Shown here piece by piece: positions 43,701 through 50,527 of a DNA stretch of 64,000 bases. The position numbers and the translations under genes were made by a program. Every line of letters begins with the position of its first letter. Within the stretch, counting starts at the first letter, position 1. Source of the DNA: Coriobacteriales bacterium (GTDB lineage Bacteria; Actinomycetota; Coriobacteriia; Coriobacteriales; Atopobiaceae); assembly GCA_030529665.1 (NCBI GenBank), contig JAUMWL010000002.1, forward strand, positions 3,986-67,985, given 5' to 3'. The notes beneath the pieces are model-generated. The model worked only from the letters and a program-made list of their open reading frames with translations, ran no database searches and had not been told where the DNA came from.

Positions 43701-45010
43701 TTGTGTCCTCGCTTCTGTCGCGTGACGTCCTGGCATGCACGTATCCAGACGGGGTTTTTGTCATCCGGCCTGCCGTGGAGACCGCTGGACACTGGATTTC
43801 GGTACCGCATACGGGAACGTCCTCGTTGTCTGCCACCGGGGATACGCTTGCGGCCTTGTCGGATTACGGCCTCGCAATTCGTTCGACAGCGCACGAGACG
43901 ATGGAGAAGCTGCGAGCAATCCCCGTCTTCGTGAGCCGTCGTCCCATCGACTACGAGCGAGGGATGCTCTCCTTGTTGCCACGGCTGGTGGCATCATTCG
44001 TCAGGATGGACATCGCGCTTCATACGGCTCGTAGCTGGGCAAATCTGCGCCTCAATGCTCTCGGGGAGGCCGTAAAGCGCTGGGGAATCGGTGCGCTACG
44101 CGATGGTGGCGCGGTGCCAGGCATCGGCAGGGCGACTCTTGTCGTACAGTCTGTGGCCGGGTGGACTGCCGTGGCCTACGAGTTCTCCGACACGGTTGCC
44201 CTGTATGACTTAGGGTGGAGCGAGCGCATGCGAGTGGATCGGCTGAGATTTAGCGCGTTTGACCCTCTGTTGGGCATGGACCTGTCTGCGGATGGCGGGC
44301 TTCTCCTGATTTGCCGACCGTCATCGGTCACCGTCTATCGCACGCATGATGCAAGCCGAGCGCTCGAGATCAACCTCACGGGTGGTACGCTCGTGTCGGC
44401 GGCATTGGAGGAGGGTGGAATAGTTGAACTGTATGGACTTAGCGGAACGACTCGGCGATTCCAGGTTGGGAATCGACCAAAGCGTTGCGAGGTGGTCGAT
44501 TGGCCAACATATCCACGAGACGACGTAGCTGCGACCGTGCTCTACCCCACCGCTTCCGGAGCAGAATGCGTGGTCGTCAAGGCCCGCAAGGGCATAACGA
44601 CCACTACCTACGACACGTCTTACTATTGCGGGAAGAATCATAGCTTGCTCTACTGTGACGGAGCCTTTTTCCTCGATGGCGACAAGTCAAAACCCTTCCT
44701 ATCGTCGGAATACGATTTCGGCCAGTGCCTACGGGAGGAGCGTCAAAAAGAGCCCGACGACTTGATTCGGTTCATTAGGGAGAAGAACGATTTGACGAGT
44801 AGCCTTTATGACCTCGACGAACGTTTTCTGCTACTCGTCTGCAAGAGGCTCTCGTCGGTAATCCTGTTCGACATCGACTCTCTGTCGGTTGCCGATGCCT
44901 ACAGGACCCAAGATGAAATAATAGGCTCCCGCTTTGATGCCGACGCAAGCGAGGTACTTTTGTTCAGTAACTCATCACCACACATTTCAAGACTGAGATT
45001 GACGATCTAG
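40784..45010 (+). CDS. DUF4062 (TIR-like) - NACHT/STAND NTPase - beta-propeller-like repeat protein
   Basis: The N-terminus is FRLFVSSTFLDFVNERSIINERL...GYGFEVVDLRWGI (DUF4062 signature). Walker A is LWVHGPSGSGKTSLLQRF and Walker B is PLLVVIDGLESL. The C-terminal ~650 aa has WD40-like blade motifs (e.g. ITSLCWLAGSELAVGLSDGRIVTYDV). The start is ATG 40784 (MRRKTFRLF). Confidence 0.8.
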   Translation: MRRKTFRLFVSSTFLDFVNERSIINERLSTRLESYCERYGYGFEVVDLRWGIGEIASENQLTLDICLNEIARCKLYAPRPHFLLMLGGRYGSIPLPTELAPNAYETIVSTLEAEESSLVRHWYEFDDNCLGGTYRLKPRKGRFRDYSDWSGVKRGLLTAIGSAIDANPAMASDGLTLASMTEHEFNAALLKHDMCEGSVVVLREGGENEEKAHELRKRAAELMNSKGLADRVVELRQGEPGYEQSFEDEVFRLLTQLVDSEVRASARDDADTILPSRETSRVFVGREHEIGLLREYASSSSRSVLWVHGPSGSGKTSLLQRFVDEYPHRKAFVSYGRSEDTFTMGGAVREIRRQLADGNGAEVVPYVDGSNLPEALLSELSAKANEHAPLLVVIDGLESLMNNGDVNENVLPSTLPAGAKLVVSWAHEDARPFALPFAGQELVLGALSDEEALLAVDARLALGGRRVAPDNQREAIRDSFRVAATPLQATLISNIVSRWSSGFRDTELPLTPREAALAYIDGAFLLLGHGRELVLHSMALVCVAPFGISEREILDVLQSIGGVREEFLGQDRYGHSGDKLPFVVWSRLYYDLRECLETVLFKGVPVVRFVHSIFKDAVHSAHEPYCKRAVEALLRYYSSRPAHVDAPWTAPDTMRAANLPALLGTAGRDDELAELLCASEELDAVLQIGDYERALDALARLGGRPDGLLREDVVAMSWYLRAHRGTLSCFPRSLPAAMSHELGVDRRSRLGRGANGLADSSGSLIPVPHPPNSGIALSLDGDEIAIWHGPWVYVYGPGLTANCRIYNTADSGAGLVITSLCWLAGSELAVGLSDGRIVTYDVHVPPPSLVVSVALESPEYLSYSSCLDVVVASTKSSLVAIDAHRTDVRLLAELREESSWCMSADGLAVHVRDRRSVRSIAIVDGTTITERRVHADGHLVGELPDGRLLLDGYSIIDAHGTAVYFKVPRQAEIVSSLLSRDVLACTYPDGVFVIRPAVETAGHWISVPHTGTSSLSATGDTLAALSDYGLAIRSTAHETMEKLRAIPVFVSRRPIDYERGMLSLLPRLVASFVRMDIALHTARSWANLRLNALGEAVKRWGIGALRDGGAVPGIGRATLVVQSVAGWTAVAYEFSDTVALYDLGWSERMRVDRLRFSAFDPLLGMDLSADGGLLLICRPSSVTVYRTHDASRALEINLTGGTLVSAALEEGGIVELYGLSGTTRRFQVGNRPKRCEVVDWPTYPRDDVAATVLYPTASGAECVVVKARKGITTTTYDTSYYCGKNHSLLYCDGAFFLDGDKSKPFLSSEYDFGQCLREERQKEPDDLIRFIREKNDLTSSLYDLDERFLLLVCKRLSSVILFDIDSLSVADAYRTQDEIIGSRFDADASEVLLFSNSSPHISRLRLTI

Positions 45011-45036
45011 GCAAGAACCCTGCGATACAGCGAAAT

Positions 45037-45075
45037 GCGCGGGCTTGCGGCAATGTGTTTGTCGCAAGCCCGCGC
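45037..45075. terminator. Hairpin between convergent genes
   Basis: GCGCGGGCTTGCG-(13 nt)-CGCAAGCCCGCGC forms a 13-bp perfect stem. It lies 27 nt after the STAND gene stop and about 90 nt beyond the stop of the minus-strand repeat-protein gene. Confidence 0.55.
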
Positions 45076-45163
45076 TAGTGACGGTTATAATTGGAATCGT
45101 CTTTGCTGCCATGAGTTGAACTCTGGCTAACCACATTGGAGTCTTCGTGCTTCTCGTACAGGA

Positions 45164-45373
45164 TTAGTAAGACCAGCGTCCTTGGGAGTCCTGGAACCGT
45201 TCCCCGGGACGACGCCAGTTGCCTTGGCCGTCAACGAAGTCCTCACCAGGCTTGCGCCAATTGCCACCTCCGTCCACGTAGTCTTCTCCCGGCCTGCGCC
45301 AGTTGCCGCCCCCATCAATGTAGTCGTCACCATCGTTGCGCCAATAGCCTGCGCCGTCGTAGAATCCGCCCAT
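45164..45373 (-). CDS. Small Gly/Trp/Asp-rich tandem-repeat protein (69 aa)
   Basis: The sequence is MGGFYDGAGYWRNDGDD / YIDGGGNWRRPGED / YVDGGGNWRKPGED / FVDGQGNWRRPGER / FQDSQGRWSY. A purine-rich SD (GAGAGGAGAGGGAAGAAGGA) precedes the ATG at 45373. Confidence 0.6.
   Translation of the reverse strand: MGGFYDGAGYWRNDGDDYIDGGGNWRRPGEDYVDGGGNWRKPGEDFVDGQGNWRRPGERFQDSQGRWSY
45171..45373. repeat. About 4.8 degenerate tandem copies of a 42-bp coding repeat
   Basis: Unit boundaries read directly from the sequence are 45171, 45213, 45255, 45297 and 45339. Each full unit starts CGCCA[GA]TTGCC on the plus strand and encodes the 14-aa unit above. Confidence 0.8.
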
Positions 45374-45434
45374 TCCTTCTTCCCTCTCCTCTCATGGTGC
45401 TAATGCGTAGGTGTTTTTCTGCAGCCTGCTTGGC

Positions 45435-45755
45435 CTATTCCTCTTCAGAGAGGATTGATCGTGCCAGCACGTCGATTGCGGTGTCGAAGTTAGCTTGCTT
45501 GGCCTTTGAATCCTCTCGTTTGAGACGGATGACTTGCAATGTGCCACCGATAATCGCACAAAGGATGCAAACTGGCACTACTCCACCGATTGCCAACCAC
45601 GGGAACAGGTTATCAATGGCGGCTTGCCCGAGGAAGCCGACTAGAAGCCCAAGGAGCCCACCGATAACCATTCCCTTTGCTATGGCTGTGGCGTATTCTC
45701 CCTTCGAATGCATCCAATAGTAGTCAGCGGGCTTGTAGTTCGAAATTTCTGACAT
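45435..45755 (-). CDS. Small membrane protein (2 TM)
   Basis: ATG 45755 follows GAGAGGTGA. The hydrophobic helices are GMVIGGLLGLLVGFLGQAAI and WLAIGGVVPVCILCAIIGG. Confidence 0.55.
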   Translation of the reverse strand: MSEISNYKPADYYWMHSKGEYATAIAKGMVIGGLLGLLVGFLGQAAIDNLFPWLAIGGVVPVCILCAIIGGTLQVIRLKREDSKAKQANFDTAIDVLARSILSEEE

Positions 45756-45794
45756 GGATTATTCACCTCTCAAGTTCCATCTATCGACGATTTC

Positions 45795-46022
45795 CTACAT
45801 CCTGCTCATGATTCCCAGGAACCCGAGAACCAGCTTGAGGACGGCCAATGCCGCAAATAGCCAAGAAAAGAGCAGAGAGCACAAAGCCTTGACTGCGATG
45901 CTCGCGGGCTCCCTTCGATCAAGCCACTCGTTCCTACCGGTCATAAACTGCCACCCTTTGTACGCTCCCCACGCGCAGATTGCGAGGAGGGCTACCTCCA
46001 GTACTCCGCCGTTTCCGCCCAT
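45795..46022 (-). CDS. Small membrane protein (75 aa, 2 TM)
   Basis: The ORF is trimmed to ATG 46022 (MGGNGGVLEVALLAICAWG...), 8 nt after AAGGAGG. The second helix is LCSLLFSWLFAALAVLKLVLGFLG. Confidence 0.5.
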   Translation of the reverse strand: MGGNGGVLEVALLAICAWGAYKGWQFMTGRNEWLDRREPASIAVKALCSLLFSWLFAALAVLKLVLGFLGIMSRM

Positions 46023-46217
46023 GCAAGAACCTCCTTCTCGTCTTGCGCTCCGTCTGCCTGCGGTTGCGCGACCCTTATCATGGCTATCATTATCCGATGG
46101 GTCTGTGTCGCCATTTGCGCAATGCATCACGGCCCAATTTGCGGATTCTCGTATAAGCGCATCGATTGTCTCGGCCCTTTCCCCTACACATGCACACGAT
46201 TCATGACGGGCATTGCC

Positions 46218-46286
46218 TGAGTGGTAACCGCTTCTGGTACCGCTCTAAACGTTTTGAGTTGCGGTACCAGAAGCGGTTACCACTCA
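46218..46286. repeat. 26-bp perfect inverted repeat (69-nt hairpin)
   Basis: TGAGTGGTAACCGCTTCTGGTACCGC-(17 nt: TCTAAACGTTTTGAGTT)-GCGGTACCAGAAGCGGTTACCACTCA. It lies in the intergenic space between two minus-strand small-membrane-protein genes. Confidence 0.85.
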
Positions 46287-46416
46287 CATTGCCGCTGACG
46301 CAATACGACTCTCACACTATTCAATCTGCTGACACACTGTCGCATTGATTTCATCAACATGAAGTGCAAAACGTATATCCCTTTGCTACACGCGTTGGCG
46401 ACACGGATTGTCTCAT

Positions 46417-46728
46417 CTATACCGGCCATAAGAGCCAAAGAAGCCCTCTGAGCAAATCGATACCATGCACTTGCGAATTCGTGAGCAGTAATCTGACGAG
46501 ATGATAAGACATGTGACTCATTAGGATGCCCATGATGATGCCGCCGATCATTTCGGAGGCCGTCGATTCGCTAGCGAAGGCGAATGTACCAATCCAGCAT
46601 AGCAACGTGCTGATGACAACGACCACTGCGATAATCCACGCCACGGTTGTTATTTCCATTCCGAGCAATCCAAGAAATACGAACGCAGCAATTAGCAGCA
46701 AGAATTCAATCGGGTATATGATGTACAT
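46417..46728 (-). CDS. Small polytopic membrane protein (103 aa)
   Basis: ATG 46728 (MYIIYPIEFLLLIAAFVFLGLLG...) follows TAGGAGGAG. The protein is almost entirely hydrophobic. Confidence 0.55.
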   Translation of the reverse strand: MYIIYPIEFLLLIAAFVFLGLLGMEITTVAWIIAVVVVISTLLCWIGTFAFASESTASEMIGGIIMGILMSHMSYHLVRLLLTNSQVHGIDLLRGLLWLLWPV

Positions 46729-46866
46729 GTCTCCTCCTATCAATCTCGATGAAGGGATCTTCCCTTACAAGAAAAATCGTACTAGTACCCGTGGGTTGTG
46801 GTTACGCAATGCCTTCCTCCTAAACGACTGGACGAGGATTGTGGGGACAATGGCTGCCCTTTGCGT

Positions 46867-47043
46867 CTAACAGTCAACCAAACGGGTGATGATTTGGACG
46901 GACATTGGGCTCCTACCTGCAGAAGAGCTCGATGATCTTCTTGATGAGGCGGTCGCCAGCGGAAAAGGCTTTATCTGTAGGGACGGTGCACATCAGCGCG
47001 GGCTAGGGGCATTATTACCATCACCCGTTTGGCTGACTGTTAG
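46867..47043. mobile_element. 177-bp element bounded by ~25-bp imperfect terminal inverted repeats (MITE-like or IS-end relic)
   Basis: The left arm is CTAACAGTCAACCAAACGGGTGATG (46867-46891). The right arm is CATCACCCGTTTGGCTGACTGTTAG (47019-47043). There is one mismatch. The element lies about 90 nt upstream of an ISL3 transposase remnant. Confidence 0.5.
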
Positions 47044-47135
47044 GCTTCAGTTAACTATCCTCTTATCTGGGAATTCGTCATCGGTATTCTGGGTTAACGG
47101 GTAGTGGTGGTAGCTGTACTGTGCATAGCGTTTGA

Positions 47136-47622
47136 TTGTTCCATACCATAATGGCACTCGTTTCAGGACGTCGGTCAGGTGCTCCAGACACCGGCTCCAG
47201 TTTCAGTGGCAACGAGTTTTTCAACAAACCGGAGGTGACGCAGCGTGGAGGGATTCGGAGGAGGTACGAGGAGCTGCTGTCCCAGAACGAGCTGCTGGCC
47301 ACGTGCGACATCGTGAAGGAGATGCTCTTCAGAGTCTACTTCTACAGGCAGGAGAAGGGCATGAGCGACCGTCGCCGAGGTCTGCCGCGGAACCGGGAAC
47401 GGGAACTTCGAGTGGTTTGCGCGCCTCGTGCAGAACCTCATGGACGGAATCGTCGCCCACGCCAGGCACCAGATCTCGTCCGGCAAAGTCGAGGGAACGA
47501 ACAACATGATCAGGTCTCTCAGGAGGGCCGGGTACGGCTACCCCGACGACGAGTACTTCTTCCTCAAGACCTTCGATTCGAGCAGGCGCTACTCACCAGG
47601 CAGGGAGGCGGTGGTGAGGTAG
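47136..47622 (+). pseudogene. ISL3-family transposase remnant (C-terminal ~160 codons, one frameshift, N-terminus missing)
   Basis: Frame A reads ...YEELLSQNELLATCDIVKEMLFRVYFYRQEKG. After a shift near 47360-47375, frame B continues NFEWFARLVQNLMDGIVAHARHQISSGKVEGTNNMIRSLRRAGYGYPDDEYFFLK. The latter is the conserved ISL3 C-terminal block (SNGxxEGxNNxIKxxKRxAYGY). Confidence 0.7.
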
Positions 47623-47654
47623 AGCCTACCCACAGGTTTCTGACTTGAGCCAAA

Positions 47655-48542
47655 TCAAGACCGTGTGTTGCACTTACCAAGGGTGTCCTCGAAGGTGCGA
47701 AAGGTGTGCTTGTCGTGAGTGCGGTCGAGCACCGCGAACACAGCGATTAATGGTGCACTGCTGGTGTTCTGCACCTCCATGAGGGCCTCGCGGAAAGCTC
47801 GGGCAACGAGATGAGGGCTGTTTCCAAAAGCGCCGCAGCCCCAAGCGCCTAGCACTAGAGCACGGTAGCCATTGCTGGTGGCGAACAACAGCATTCCAGC
47901 AATTCGTGCCTTAATCGTCGCAAAAAGCTCCGTTTCCGTTATGGAATCGAGCTCAGGGACGAACGGTGCGGCACATGTGAGAACCGCAATCTCACGAGGT
48001 GTTCCCAGGTATTCGTAGTCTGAGTTGCGAAAGACCTCCACGTACGGTGATATCATCATCGCGTGGGAGAACAAGTAGGTGCCCGACTCCTTGTTCGTTC
48101 TATAAAATGCTTGAGCTTCATCGGATGTGAGCGAGGCGTAAACGGTTGTCCTACGACAAAGATCCTCCTCTTGGACAATGGACCCGTGCATTTTTCCGCC
48201 CCCTGGTTCGTAAGGGTTGGCGAAGTTTAGCACAAGCGGTGGCCTGTGTTCCTTCGTATAACGGTCCGTGATGCTCTTTGCGAGTTCCGCGCCCTCAAGT
48301 GAGTCTACGTTTTTGACAACGACTGCGGTCTCGCCAGTTACCGTTGAGTTTGAATCGGGTACTTGTCCATCAGCCGTTCGGGCGATTTCAGCGGGGGTAG
48401 CCACTATTGCGGACTGATGCATCTCTGGAGACTGACTAAACGTTACTTGATTACACGCATCGACATACATGTTTGCCTCTATGTCTGCCTGCGTCTGGAA
48501 GAAAACACTTCTGAGTCGTTCAACCGTTCTCGAGTCCATCAA
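47655..48542 (-). CDS. Bacterial PARG-type macrodomain protein (TIGR02452/DUF2263-like)
   Basis: The PARG signature GGG-x7-QEE is present (LNFANPYEPGGGKMHGSIVQEEDLCRRT), and GAWGCGAFGN lies near the C-terminus. The start is TTG 48542 or ATG 48539, just downstream of the radical-SAM gene stop at 48549. Confidence 0.75.
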   Translation of the reverse strand: MMDSRTVERLRSVFFQTQADIEANMYVDACNQVTFSQSPEMHQSAIVATPAEIARTADGQVPDSNSTVTGETAVVVKNVDSLEGAELAKSITDRYTKEHRPPLVLNFANPYEPGGGKMHGSIVQEEDLCRRTTVYASLTSDEAQAFYRTNKESGTYLFSHAMMISPYVEVFRNSDYEYLGTPREIAVLTCAAPFVPELDSITETELFATIKARIAGMLLFATSNGYRALVLGAWGCGAFGNSPHLVARAFREALMEVQNTSSAPLIAVFAVLDRTHDKHTFRTFEDTLGKCNTRS

Positions 48543-48548
48543 AGGGGG

Positions 48549-49586
48549 TCATCCTCCCTTCTGGTTATGCCCGCGTATCCCTTCCGGGACACTACGAAAG
48601 ACTAGGCATCCGCCCATGCACTTTCCTTCGGAGCGCTTATCACATTCGTTGCACTCTGGTCGAAGCGGCATCGTATACGCGTCAGCGTCTATCGTTCGAA
48701 CGTAATAGTCGGCCAATGCACCCATGCCATCAAAATCGGCGATGTTTACCTTAGTTGTTGAAGACAGGCCGAAGCATCGTGCTGCGACTAGGTCCTGTCC
48801 AATTACGATAGACGGCTCGCAGCGGTTGAGACCATTGAAGAGGTTGCTTGTGTGAAGTGCTTTCCATCCTTTCGGATTGGCTTTGTATCTGCTGCAGAAT
48901 TCTTTCTCGTCGTCCATCAATAGGCAGAACGGTATTTTATTGCAGTCAAAGAAGGGGACCACCCCTCGGTCGAAAACCTCGCGGCAGAAGTATAGCGTTA
49001 CGGGCTTCATACGCTCGAAGAATGCGAAGGCATCTTGGTTCTCCCGCCTCTTCACGTCGGGAACGGTGACGGACACTCGGATACTGTCGGTTGGATATCT
49101 ATCAATAAGGTCGAGCATAAATCCATAGTCTGCGTTCTCTCCGAAGAGGTTGATGCCAAGGCCGATATGGTTCCAGTCGCAGCGTTCCCGCACCAAGCCA
49201 ATGTTGTTCCGTAAGCGTCTGTAATTCGTTTGTCCGATGGCGTCTGGGCTGTTGACGTTTATGAGCATGTGGAACTTCTTGTTGCTGAGCACATTGATAA
49301 AGCGATCGATTAAGAGGCCATTCGTGAAGAGGTCGACGTCCTCAATGCGTTCGTCCTCGACGAGCTGACGCATGAGGGCGCAGAAATCCGGGTGGGTCGT
49401 CGGCTCACCTCCGATTATGCCGACGTGATGATACGCATTGCCTTTGCCAACGATGAAATCGACCGCCTTCTGAAAGTTCTCCTGAGAGATATCACTCTGC
49501 CTCTCGCAGGAGAACTCATCCGAGAAGCAGTACGGGCAGCTTAGGTTGCATGCGCCCGTGAGCATAATGTTGCCTGCTATCATCAC
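48549..49586 (-). CDS. Radical SAM / SPASM-domain maturase
   Basis: The CxxxCxxC cluster is ACNLSCPYCF. The C-terminal Cys-rich SPASM-like region is CEPS...ARCFG...CNECDKRSEGKCMGGC. Confidence 0.85.
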   Translation of the reverse strand: MMIAGNIMLTGACNLSCPYCFSDEFSCERQSDISQENFQKAVDFIVGKGNAYHHVGIIGGEPTTHPDFCALMRQLVEDERIEDVDLFTNGLLIDRFINVLSNKKFHMLINVNSPDAIGQTNYRRLRNNIGLVRERCDWNHIGLGINLFGENADYGFMLDLIDRYPTDSIRVSVTVPDVKRRENQDAFAFFERMKPVTLYFCREVFDRGVVPFFDCNKIPFCLLMDDEKEFCSRYKANPKGWKALHTSNLFNGLNRCEPSIVIGQDLVAARCFGLSSTTKVNIADFDGMGALADYYVRTIDADAYTMPLRPECNECDKRSEGKCMGGCLVFRSVPEGIRGHNQKGG

Positions 49587-49605
49587 TTCTCCTTATGACA
49601 CGTAG

Positions 49606-50466
49606 CTACAGACTGTTCGCTACTTTGCTCAAGGCAGACTCAAAGAAGTCGTCTTCGGCCTGTTGCTCGGCAGCGGTGCGCGCCCTTCCGTTTGGCGACC
49701 AGTTGCGGGCGAATTCCGCTTGCGCACGAACTCGATCCTCGTAGTCCGCAAGCTCAAGCTCGTTATACCGATTGTCCTCTGACTTGTGGAAGAAACGGAC
49801 CTTGATGAGCTCAGGTTCGCGAAGTGGCCTCAGGCCGTCGTGGTCAAGGCCGAAACTTTTCCGAGTAACGAGTGGATTGTTCTCGATGTCTCGTATAACA
49901 GCACAACCCGGATATTTCCTCTTCAGGCTTCGGTAATTGACGTCATATGGATCCCATGGCCTTACATGGTAACCATGAGCACGTAGGACTCTCATTGCCT
50001 GGACGTCGTCGTTTGCGCAAATGGCATCTGCTAGCCCGGAATGGTAATCTCCAACATTGAAGAAGTCTCTTTGGAAGCCCCGAGACGCTAGCAGCTCCAT
50101 GCATTCGAGTGACCCATAGTACCAAGCAAGCGCGAGTGGCCCAGATGCGCGCCCGTCTGGTCCGTAGGTCTCGTCACCATAGAATCCGTCCGCGCCATGC
50201 CTGAGGTCATAGCTTCCAAATAGACCGTGGTTAACAAGCCAGTGCATAGTCTTGTATTCGCCAGCGACATGGTACAAGGCTCTTTTCAATGTGGTCTCAT
50301 CGCATCGGCTCAACCGGGCACCCGCATGGTACAGCCGGTCTAGACTCGCATAGTCGTTTTCGAGAATGGCCTTAATGAGGGGGTTTACGATTGGGCGGGG
50401 GGTGCAAAAGCTATCGCCGTTCCATCCAAGCGTCCAGTTATAGCGAATCGGATCGTTGACACCCAT
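49606..50466 (-). CDS. Ankyrin-repeat-like protein
   Basis: Three ANK-like units were seen by eye: PLIKAILENDYASLDRLYHAGARL, LALAWYYGSLECMELLASRGF and LADAICANDDVQAMRVLRAHGY. It sits between the two radical-SAM genes on the same strand. Confidence 0.45.
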   Translation of the reverse strand: MGVNDPIRYNWTLGWNGDSFCTPRPIVNPLIKAILENDYASLDRLYHAGARLSRCDETTLKRALYHVAGEYKTMHWLVNHGLFGSYDLRHGADGFYGDETYGPDGRASGPLALAWYYGSLECMELLASRGFQRDFFNVGDYHSGLADAICANDDVQAMRVLRAHGYHVRPWDPYDVNYRSLKRKYPGCAVIRDIENNPLVTRKSFGLDHDGLRPLREPELIKVRFFHKSEDNRYNELELADYEDRVRAQAEFARNWSPNGRARTAAEQQAEDDFFESALSKVANSL

Positions 50467-50527
50467 AACTTACAGACTCCTTTCCTTGCTCTTATCGTCG
50501 AGCCGGATTTGTTGGCATTTCGGGATA

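Noticed and set aside
45171-45373. Regular 42-bp repeats as a possible CRISPR array
   Set aside because: The units are contiguous with no spacers, degenerate, and in frame within a 69-codon gene that has a strong RBS. They are a coding tandem repeat, not a CRISPR array.
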